A stretch of 64,000 bases of DNA from IMG/VR virus record IMGVR_UViG_3300028556_000001, positions 1 through 64,000 of that record; one strand, written 5' to 3'. The translations under genes and the position numbers were made by a program. This DNA is from a virus. Each line of letters begins with the position of its first letter. Within the stretch, counting starts at the first letter, position 1. The notes beneath the pieces are model-generated. The model was not told where the DNA came from. It saw nothing but the letters and a program-made list of their open reading frames with translations, and did no database searches. Positions 9,883 through 16,806 of this stretch are shown here, piece after piece.

Positions 9883-10740
9883 CTACTTTTTCGGGCCGTC
9901 AATCTTCTTGATTTCACGGTGCGACGACTTTAGACGCTTTTGCACGCTCTTTATATCTTCGGCGGGAGCCAAATGTTCTGGCGGCGTACCACCGATTTTG
10001 ACAATGGCTTGACGAACTTCCCGGCCAACATTTTCGGCGGCGTTTTCTAGATTGGCTTGTCCGCGTATTTTTTCTGCTTTGATTTTGTCCTCGGTCTGCG
10101 TGACACGGAAAAGATTGGCCGCAAGCTCTGTCTTGCCCATGAATTCCAGCGGGGATCGACCGTCAGGGATTCCCTTTCTCTGGCGGATTTTCCACAAATC
10201 CATATTATAAAGCCCGCGATAACCTGCATTTTGAAAAAATGGATAATTAGTTACGCCAGATACAGCCGCTATACCCGATAGTGCCCGCTCATGCTCTGAA
10301 ACCTCGCCGCGAATTGCTACGCGTTCAACCCCGTCCGCCTGTTCCAAGGACATCTGGCAAGCCTCAGCCCACCTAGCAAAATAGACTTGCGCCTGTGCAA
10401 CTTGAGGTTTTTTCGGGTCTCCATTCATTGCCGCCAAGTAGCAGGCAAAGCGTGAAAGTTTGTAGTCCTGAACGGTCTTCCCTGCCACGTCCCTTGAAGT
10501 CTGGATAATATTATCCATGACGGGTATATTTAGGCTCATAAGTGCAGCCATAGCTTTTTCGATGGATTTGCGAAAGCCTTGCAAACTTTCGTATCCTAGA
10601 AGACTTGCCAAGTCAGATGCCCACCAAAAAAGAAACCCGTTCGTATTAGAAAGGGCTTCAAATCCGGCCTTGTGTGGAGCAGTTGGCTCCAATTGAAAGG
10701 GACTATCGCCGGAGGCTTCGCTGGGGGTGTCTTCGCTCAC
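9883..10740 (-). CDS. DinD/BRO-N-like protein (cargo of element A)
   Basis: WWASDLASLLGY, DYKLSRFACYLAAMNGDPKKPQVAQAQVYFA, FQNAGYRGLY, ELAANLFRVTQT. Confidence 0.78.
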   Translation of the reverse strand: MSEDTPSEASGDSPFQLEPTAPHKAGFEALSNTNGFLFWWASDLASLLGYESLQGFRKSIEKAMAALMSLNIPVMDNIIQTSRDVAGKTVQDYKLSRFACYLAAMNGDPKKPQVAQAQVYFARWAEACQMSLEQADGVERVAIRGEVSEHERALSGIAAVSGVTNYPFFQNAGYRGLYNMDLWKIRQRKGIPDGRSPLEFMGKTELAANLFRVTQTEDKIKAEKIRGQANLENAAENVGREVRQAIVKIGGTPPEHLAPAEDIKSVQKRLKSSHREIKKIDGPKK

Positions 10741-10781
10741 GCATTGAGACTAACACCGGATATAGTTGCGGCAACATCTTT

Positions 10782-10911
10782 TTATGCCGCCTTTTCCTGT
10801 GCGTCTAGTAGGGCGATAATGTCAACTACCTCCCAGATTTTCGTTGCGACCCCTGCCTTCGCAGAGGCAGGCTATGACGCGGGCGCGTTGGTCTTGGCTT
10901 AATTGGTTCAT
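10782..10911 (-). pseudogene. IS1-family transposase remnant, N-terminus fused out of frame to C-terminus
   Basis: MNQLSQDQRARVIACLCEG joined to AGVATKIWEVVDIIALLDAQEKAA*, matching both ends of the intact transposases in this window. Confidence 0.8.
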
Positions 10912-10917
10912 GGTGTC

Positions 10918-10946
10918 AAATTAGCTTATTATGCTTGCTATGTCAA
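10918..10946 (-). promoter_or_regulatory. sigma70-like promoter of the element A transposase
   Basis: Minus strand TTGACA-N17-TAATTT a few nt upstream of ATG 10911. Confidence 0.55.
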
Positions 10947-10959
10947 GGGGGTATTTTAA

Positions 10960-10993
10960 GAAAAATGCCGCCCGGTTTTTACGCCGGACGGCA
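10960..10993 (-). terminator. intrinsic terminator after the 43-aa ORF
   Basis: TGCCGTCCGG...CCGGGCGGCA hairpin followed by TTTTT on the minus strand. Confidence 0.6.
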
Positions 10994-11006
10994 CGCCTAT
11001 GTAGGA

Positions 11007-11138
11007 CTAGACTTTCCGCCAGATGGGGATGCCGCTACCAGGAGGCGCATATTGAATGCGACCTGTACGCGGGTTTCTCACCCGTTTGACGATGGCGACC
11101 AGTTTATAGCCGGGTCTGGGCTTGGGTTGGATAACCAT
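11007..11138 (-). CDS. 43-aa basic small protein (cargo of element A)
   Basis: MVIQPKPRPGYKLVAIVKRVRNPRTGRIQYAPPGSGIPIWRKV, directly followed by a terminator. Confidence 0.5.
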   Translation of the reverse strand: MVIQPKPRPGYKLVAIVKRVRNPRTGRIQYAPPGSGIPIWRKV

Positions 11139-11161
11139 TGTGGATATCCGGGCAAAACCCA

Positions 11162-11190
11162 TTGACAACCGTGGCCGCTGATGCGATAAT
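11162..11190 (+). promoter_or_regulatory. strong sigma70 promoter
   Basis: TTGACA-N17-GATAAT with extended -10 TG. Confidence 0.7.
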
Positions 11191-11196
11191 TCTAGT

Positions 11197-11295
11197 GATT
11201 GCTGAACTATCGCGGCGGCTTGTCCGGTCATACGGATGGGTTCGCCCGGAAAGTCTTAGACCCCGGCGTGTTTCAAGCACGGCACGGGGTTTTTC
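11197..11295 (+). ncRNA. candidate ~100-nt small RNA
   Basis: Lies between the promoter above and the hairpin ACCCCG...CGGGGT+TTTT (11260-11294); no convincing ORF. Confidence 0.45.
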
Positions 11296-11308
11296 GTAAA
11301 TTTGTGCT

Positions 11309-11770
11309 TTAGCCGGGTACCACTTCCTCCTCCTCGTCCTCAGCGACAGCCGGAATTGGTGGCGGCGGGTTTGCGACCGCCTCGGCTGGTTTGGTTGAAG
11401 TGCGTTTGTATCGAGTAGCACCGGGATACCATTCTGCAAGCCCCCATGTATCGGTATTGGGGACTTTAATGAAAGCGGGATTCTTACCTAGCGCAATCGC
11501 CACGTTACGAGCGGCTATCACACTATCCTTGTTGTCGAATTGGTAGCCGCCCGCCTTCATAGAGTCATAAAGTGTTTCCAGCGAAATTGCGCTCAATCCC
11601 CGCGACTTCCCGGCTTGCAGTATTTCTCGTACAACCGTTGCAAGTGGTCGGCCAAAATATTGGTCTGGTCGCGTCACCCCGCCTGTCGATTGAGATAATT
11701 CAATGTCAGCGTAAATCGGTGGCGCACCTGCCGCCGAGCAAAGCTCATTGACCAATTTCTTTTTGGACAC
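11309..11770 (-). CDS. winged-helix (HARE-HTH-like) protein, probably N-terminally damaged
   Basis: LATVVREIL...ISLETLYDSMKAGG...VAIALGKNPAFIKV...WGLAEWY; acidic tail. Confidence 0.6.
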   Translation of the reverse strand: MSKKKLVNELCSAAGAPPIYADIELSQSTGGVTRPDQYFGRPLATVVREILQAGKSRGLSAISLETLYDSMKAGGYQFDNKDSVIAARNVAIALGKNPAFIKVPNTDTWGLAEWYPGATRYKRTSTKPAEAVANPPPPIPAVAEDEEEEVVPG

Positions 11771-11779
11771 AAGCTATTG

Positions 11780-11898
11780 CTGGCCCTAACCTGTCCGCCT
11801 TTGACCGCGCTGGCCTTTGGCTCTGGCGGCGGCGGTACTACACCTGTGGCACGTTGAACCACGTCAAAGGCAATCTGGGCAAAGTCTCGTTTCGGCAT
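11780..11898 (-). pseudogene. truncated small basic KGG-motif protein typical of IS1-like elements
   Basis: MPKRDFAQIAFDVVQRATG...AVKGGQVRA, then runs out of frame into the HTH gene. Confidence 0.5.
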
Positions 11899-12283
11899 AG
11901 CCCCAACATATCATGCTTGCTGCCCAATTCCAGTCCAAAGCCGGGTTTTATAATTCAAACTGTACCACTACCAAAATTCGCCATCGCTCGCGAGCTTCCG
12001 GTGGCATCGCCATCAGGCATTTAATCGCAGCGTCGTATAGCGGCTTCATCTTAGCGCGAAACTCTAGGCATCCGGGCGGCAAGTCTTCGTCGCGGATGAT
12101 GAATGATGGAGGAGGTTTCATTGAAAGTAGTGCTGGGGCCGCTACGGCGAGTCTTGCATCGCCCTGCCTCGGCCTTGCGGTAAGGGAGTTTACAAAACAG
12201 CCCCCAGCAAAGTAAGGGAGTTCTAATGAGTGACCCCAGCAAAGGGAAAGTGAATGGCGCGGCAGGTGGATTGGCAAGCGGGA

Positions 12284-12646
12284 TTATGTGCATTCGTTGA
12301 GTTGTTTCAATTCGATGGTTATGGAATCTTCAGGGCCGTCTATGGCGCGGATAAACATTTCAGGAACTACCTGCCTGCAATCGTCCACGGGCATGGATTG
12401 TAGCATCAGCAATTCCCGAGAGCATCCCGTCGGCGTCTCGCCGTCGCTTATCAGCACACACGACCGTAACGCTGAGACGATAGCGAGGACTAGGCTCTCC
12501 TGAAACCTTTGCTTTTTTGGCGCGGTTATCAGCCGACCCCGGCACAGCATCTTTCCGTTTTTGAAACTTGGGACGGGGCCGAGTCCTTTTAGCTGAATCG
12601 TCAGCGTCCCGGTGGACAGGTTGAGGGTTGCGTGGAATTGGCTCAT
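12284..12646 (-). CDS. RusA-like resolvase candidate (frame 2)
   Basis: PVPSFKN N-terminal motif and VDDCRQVV...ITIEL C-terminal motif. Confidence 0.45.
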   Translation of the reverse strand: MSQFHATLNLSTGTLTIQLKGLGPVPSFKNGKMLCRGRLITAPKKQRFQESLVLAIVSALRSCVLISDGETPTGCSRELLMLQSMPVDDCRQVVPEMFIRAIDGPEDSITIELKQLNECT

Positions 12647-12767
12647 AAGAATCAGGGTAGGGGTCGGGAATGATTGGATGCTTGCGTAGCTCAGGCGGCA
12701 AAAACTTGCGTTTAGCCGCCATCCTCGCCTCGTGCAGCGCGATGTCGTTGTCAGTCCAGCCTTTCAT
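12360..12767 (-). CDS. protein with RusA-like RRRDxD motif (frame 1, overlapping)
   Basis: ATG 12767 overlaps the upstream stop (ATGA); RLSVTVVCADKRRRDADGMLSGIADA. Confidence 0.45.
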   Translation of the reverse strand: MKGWTDNDIALHEARMAAKRKFLPPELRKHPIIPDPYPDSYEPIPRNPQPVHRDADDSAKRTRPRPKFQKRKDAVPGSADNRAKKAKVSGEPSPRYRLSVTVVCADKRRRDADGMLSGIADATIHARGRLQAGSS

Positions 12768-13048
12768 GGATATACGCCTCCCCATGTTTTAACCCAGTGA
12801 ATGCGGATTGGTATGCACGGAAGCAAGCAAATCCAAAGGGTGAAATCACGGAACGAATCGCGCCTCCAGAATGCGCCAATCCACAAATCCTCAATCTTCC
12901 AGCACAGGCTCAAAGAGAGCTTATTTGAACAAATTAGCGGTAAACCAGCTTTGTTTGTTTCGACATTCTCCCACTTGATTCGCGTGAGTATAATGCGTTT
13001 TTCAGATGGAGCCAAGTTTGGCTTCCATTGGATGCGTATGGTTTTCAT
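12764..13048 (-). CDS. hypothetical protein
   Basis: Tightly packed minus-strand ORF; DLWIGAFW...WICLLPCIPI. Confidence 0.55.
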   Translation of the reverse strand: MKTIRIQWKPNLAPSEKRIILTRIKWENVETNKAGLPLICSNKLSLSLCWKIEDLWIGAFWRRDSFRDFTLWICLLPCIPIRIHWVKTWGGVYP

Positions 13049-13051
13049 AGG

Positions 13052-13324
13052 TTAAACTTTGTTCTGCTCCTCAATCAGCTTGGCGATTTCGTAATCGGTG
13101 AGGCGGCGGTAGAGGAGTCCATGTTTGCATTGACCAGCGAAGAATCCCGCCAACAACGAAATTGGCCCAAGTAAGGCAAATACAGAGCAATACTTTCTGG
13201 CTTTTTTCTCCGATACGTCATCAAGCCCATAGCAGATATGCGTTAGGTGCGCGTAAAAGAATCCATAGTCCAGCACCCCGCAGGCGACGTAGGACAGGAA
13301 GAGGAGGATGAGCGGGAGGGTCAT
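13052..13324 (-). CDS. hypothetical membrane protein
   Basis: Two hydrophobic segments; tight packing. Confidence 0.5.
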   Translation of the reverse strand: MTLPLILLFLSYVACGVLDYGFFYAHLTHICYGLDDVSEKKARKYCSVFALLGPISLLAGFFAGQCKHGLLYRRLTDYEIAKLIEEQNKV

Positions 13325-13497
13325 GGCTTCTTGCTTAGGAGTGCAACGTTCAAGCTATCGGGTTTACGGGAGGCGAAAGCGCAAAGGAGTTCACGCTCCG
13401 CGCTTTTCCTTGTTATGTGGGTCATCACAACAAGCTGAAAGCGGTGGCATTTCATTTTTGGTTTAGGCATAAATTCTCCTCGGTTGGTGCGGGGGGG

Positions 13498-13707
13498 TTA
13501 TTTCTTCAATGTTTCTTCCTTAAATGATTTGAAGTGGCAAACGATATTGACCATCATAGCAAATTCCTTGGAGCCTTCCTCAAGTTGTTCGGGTAGGAGA
13601 TTCATGTCGTAAAGTAGGCTTTGCACAATCATCTCATCGTTGATGAAATCACGCAACTCTTGCAGTTGCTTTTTGACTAACTCCGGCATCTTAGGATGGT
13701 CACTCAC
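13498..13707 (-). CDS. hypothetical protein
   Basis: GGAGGGG RBS and GTGA overlap with the upstream gene. Confidence 0.5.
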   Translation of the reverse strand: MSDHPKMPELVKKQLQELRDFINDEMIVQSLLYDMNLLPEQLEEGSKEFAMMVNIVCHFKSFKEETLKK

Positions 13708-14579
13708 GCTCCCCCTCCCTTCGGCGGCTCGACTTGGGGGATTCTGGCCCAATGGGTTATCACGGAATCGGCCATGCCGTATTTGTTCATTTCGTTATAG
13801 GTTCCCGTAACTTGCATTTTACGGTCTTCGCGCCACCACAAAACAACTTCGTTAGCCAACGGCATCTTCCCGCTCTCCACCGGGAACCACTCGACGGCAA
13901 TGGGCTTGGGTTTTCTTTCATCGGAAATAATGTTCCCTGCGGAGTCGTATATAACTCTTCCGCTCCAGTCTAGAGGCTGCGGAGCCTGCCGCTTGCGATA
14001 CCGGAATACGGGGAGTTTTTTCTGGCCATCTGCTACGGGCCTCCATACGCTCCATCCTTCGCTAGTCATCTCCTCGTCCTTGGTTAGCTCCTCGGAAGCG
14101 GGCGTGAGCTTGCGGCGATACATATTTTCTGCGTTGATAGCACCAACTTCCCGCCCTTGGATTCCACAAGGATGCCAGCCGCCGTAGATTTTTAATTCGT
14201 CACCGATGATTGTGGTTTCTCCTTTCTCTAGCAGCCTATACCCATTCCCAACTTGGTCAATAGATAGGCCATCGGGATTATGACCCGGAGCTTTTACGAA
14301 ATAGTCTTTTGGATTCGAGCTAGGATTCTGATTTTTCCCAAAGCACCCCACGCCCAACTCCCGCGCAAAGTGCAGGTTCAGAATGCGGGCGACAGATTTA
14401 TGCGTAGCCGGTTCGGTTCTTGGAGAAACCATCAGGTTTGCGCTATCTATGCCAGTGATTCTTTCTGGCGACTCGACTACAAATGGCAAGTTGTAGGTAA
14501 AGCCCGCAACAGTGCATTCCTTCCCCTTCAGCCACTCCGCAAGCTGCGCGTCGGTGGGGTTGTGTGCGGCGGGGGTCAT
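13704..14579 (-). CDS. hypothetical protein with C-terminal DUF551-like domain
   Basis: EWFPVESGKMP...VVLWW...VITHWARIP. Confidence 0.6.
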   Translation of the reverse strand: MTPAAHNPTDAQLAEWLKGKECTVAGFTYNLPFVVESPERITGIDSANLMVSPRTEPATHKSVARILNLHFARELGVGCFGKNQNPSSNPKDYFVKAPGHNPDGLSIDQVGNGYRLLEKGETTIIGDELKIYGGWHPCGIQGREVGAINAENMYRRKLTPASEELTKDEEMTSEGWSVWRPVADGQKKLPVFRYRKRQAPQPLDWSGRVIYDSAGNIISDERKPKPIAVEWFPVESGKMPLANEVVLWWREDRKMQVTGTYNEMNKYGMADSVITHWARIPQVEPPKGGGA

Positions 14580-14809
14580 GGCGATTTCTTTCTCTTGGAT
14601 GGGAGGATGGTGATGGCGCGGGCCAGCCTCGACTTACGCCGGATAAACCCCTTCTTTTCAAGGGCAATCAGAGGGCGCAGGATGGCGTGCGTGCTTTTGA
14701 ACCCGAAAAATTTGGTCATTTCAATGATGCTTGGGCAATAGCCGTTGTCGGATTGAAAGAGAACGAGGAAGGCCAGCACCCGTTTTTGCAGGGGAGAAAT
14801 CGCTCTCAT
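14576..14809 (-). CDS. stand-alone LexA-type DNA-binding domain (no peptidase domain)
   Basis: SPLQKRVLAFL...NGYCPSIIEM...FGFKS...LIALEKKGFIRR...ARAITIL. Confidence 0.75.
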   Translation of the reverse strand: MRAISPLQKRVLAFLVLFQSDNGYCPSIIEMTKFFGFKSTHAILRPLIALEKKGFIRRKSRLARAITILPSKRKKSP

Positions 14810-14899
14810 GTTGCCATTATTTACACCATCTGCGCGGGAATGCAAGTGGCGCATGAAGATTTTTCGTTGATTTATTTCCCTGTTTCTCCACAATCCTGC

Positions 14900-15152
14900 C
14901 ACAGAGGGCGAGTATCAGACCGTCCACCCTCCGGTCAGGCTTATCAGTCCCGCAGCCGGGGACGACCCAGAAGACAAGACCGCGAAGGTCAAGCGAGGCG
15001 TAAAACCCTAGGCTCTCCGCCCCCTGAGCCACGGATAATCCGCCGTCCATACCGGGACGGGAAGAACAATCGCCCAGCGGGACGCCTGCCAAGATACTCA
15101 CTCCGATAGATTGGCGTAGGAAAGTCAGTCGGGCACAGACGGAACTTTCCAC
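14900..15152 (+). ncRNA. candidate structured 5' leader RNA of the capsid operon
   Basis: About 250 nt without a credible ORF, with many hairpins and long-range pairings (see findings). Confidence 0.45.
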
Positions 15153-16391
15153 ATGTCTCAATCCACCATTGACCATTGCCAACTCACCCCCGCTGACTGG
15201 AACGACCTCCTACCGGAGCAGATTCCGCAGTGGCAGGTAATCAATCAGGCGTATATTGCCTTGTCCGACCCCTACACGAATGCCTTGGACGGCGGCACCT
15301 TCCCGGCGAACATGGGCCAACAGATTCGCACGCTGATTCCCGGTCGCCCGGTGATGAACCAGAGCTACACCCGCCCGGCATTCTCCCCGTGGCTGAACAA
15401 CGCTTGCGGCGTCTCCGGCCCCATCGCACAACCCTCCAACAACGCCTACGAGACGACCCCGGCGTATATGACGGGACGCTCGGAACTCTTGTGCGTGGCT
15501 CAGACCTACGACCAAGTTCTGCAAACCCTTGGTATCTACATTGATACCATGAAGAAAGGCCTGTATGAATTGAACTTGATTGACGCCCGCATCAATTACC
15601 ACGACCTCTCCGGCCTCAAGTTCGTGGCGAACACCGCAGGCAATATCGGCACCCTCCTGACGGGCGACTTCCTCTCCATCTCCACGCCCTACAACTGGGG
15701 CTACGGGCTCCCGAACGCCTACATGTCGTGGCAGGCCCTCCTCGCCATTATGAACGAGATGCGGAACCGGGTGCGCGACATCGAACTCTGGCCCGGCTCG
15801 GCTGACGGGATGTTCGCGGGCATCTTCTCCTACGAGCAAATCGAAATCTTCCGCAACACGGGCGACATCAAGTCGGACGTGCAATCGGCCATCAAAGGCT
15901 CCTACGACGACGCGAAGAAGGCTGAATGGCGTTACTCGTGGATTGAATACCCCTACCGGGGCATCCAGTTCGGCATTGACCAGCAGCCCCTCCGCTTCAA
16001 CGCCATCAACGCGGACGGCTCCCCGGCCTTCATTGACCCGTATATCACGGAACCCGCCACCTTCGGCTACAACAACGTGGTGAATCCGAACTGGCAAATC
16101 GCCCTCTACGAAATCGGCTTCCTCCTGACGAAGAACACCCTTCGCAAGCTGGTGCCGGAAGACTACACGGGCGAGGCCCAAGCGGTGTTCCCCCACCAGT
16201 TCTGGAACGGCGAACTCCACTGGATTAACAACAAGGACATGGGTTGCAATCCCCGTGGTGAGTTCGGCTACTTCGACTACATGTTCGTCCGCGCCTACCA
16301 GCCGCTCCGCACTTGGGGCATCTGCGCCATCGCCTACCAGCGTTGCCAGACCGACATCGGGCTGCAAACCTGCGCTAAGGAAACCTCGTAG
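15153..16391 (+). CDS. major capsid protein (putative)
   Basis: 412 aa, strongly biased high-expression codon usage, first gene of the structural operon, followed by a hairpin. Confidence 0.72.
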   Translation: MSQSTIDHCQLTPADWNDLLPEQIPQWQVINQAYIALSDPYTNALDGGTFPANMGQQIRTLIPGRPVMNQSYTRPAFSPWLNNACGVSGPIAQPSNNAYETTPAYMTGRSELLCVAQTYDQVLQTLGIYIDTMKKGLYELNLIDARINYHDLSGLKFVANTAGNIGTLLTGDFLSISTPYNWGYGLPNAYMSWQALLAIMNEMRNRVRDIELWPGSADGMFAGIFSYEQIEIFRNTGDIKSDVQSAIKGSYDDAKKAEWRYSWIEYPYRGIQFGIDQQPLRFNAINADGSPAFIDPYITEPATFGYNNVVNPNWQIALYEIGFLLTKNTLRKLVPEDYTGEAQAVFPHQFWNGELHWINNKDMGCNPRGEFGYFDYMFVRAYQPLRTWGICAIAYQRCQTDIGLQTCAKETS

Positions 16392-16413
16392 TTCATCCTC
16401 TGTCTCCTTGGCC

Positions 16414-16442
16414 CTCCTACGGGGCGCAAACGCCCCTAGGAG
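16414..16442 (+). terminator. hairpin after the capsid gene (stabiliser or leaky terminator)
   Basis: CTCCTAcGGGGCG-CAAA-CGCCCCTAGGAG; no U-tract. Confidence 0.5.
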
Positions 16443-16463
16443 CGGTCGGGAAGGCGGAACCCT

Positions 16464-16805
16464 ATGGCTGCCGTCCAACCTGACGATACCCTCGACACAG
16501 CCTTGGCGAAACTGCTGATTCTGTCGGGCGGAACTTGGGCCTCAGACGACAACATCAACACCCTGCTCCGCAAAATCCTTGTCCAGCAGGGCGGAATCAA
16601 GAAACCGGAATACCTCGACACCAACGACATCTTCTGGCGCAAAATCCTCATCAATGCCGCAACCGAAATGGCCGCAGCCGATGACACTGACTTCACTTAC
16701 GCCTACAAAATCCTCCTCGGTGAAGCCGGAGCATTCTCTCCCTCATCGGTGGATACCCTCGTCACTTTGACCAAGAAACTCGTCCTCAACAACGACCCCC
16801 TTTAA
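16464..16805 (+). CDS. small virion protein with internal repeats (possible head decoration)
   Basis: Five DxxxxxxxKI/LL repeats; directly after the capsid gene. Confidence 0.55.
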   Translation: MAAVQPDDTLDTALAKLLILSGGTWASDDNINTLLRKILVQQGGIKKPEYLDTNDIFWRKILINAATEMAAADDTDFTYAYKILLGEAGAFSPSSVDTLVTLTKKLVLNNDPL

Positions 16806-16806
16806 C

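Larger units (their letters stand above)
9834..11972 (-). mobile_element. element A: non-autonomous cargo-carrying IS1-like element (2139 bp)
   Basis: Perfect 17-bp terminal inverted repeat GGTAGTGGTACAGTTTG (9834-9850 / 11956-11972); internally deleted transposase; no TSD. Confidence 0.82.
9788..12121 (-). pseudogene. small phage gene interrupted by element A (parts 12121-11973 and 9833-9788)
   Basis: Joining the flanks gives an in-frame 64-aa ORF MKPPPSF...ERWRIFKEQEERIWLSAHRA*. Confidence 0.4.

Noticed and set aside
15210-16478. 422-aa antisense ORF over the capsid gene, and similar long shadow ORFs elsewhere
   Set aside because: Expected from strong third-position GC bias; no motifs or RBS
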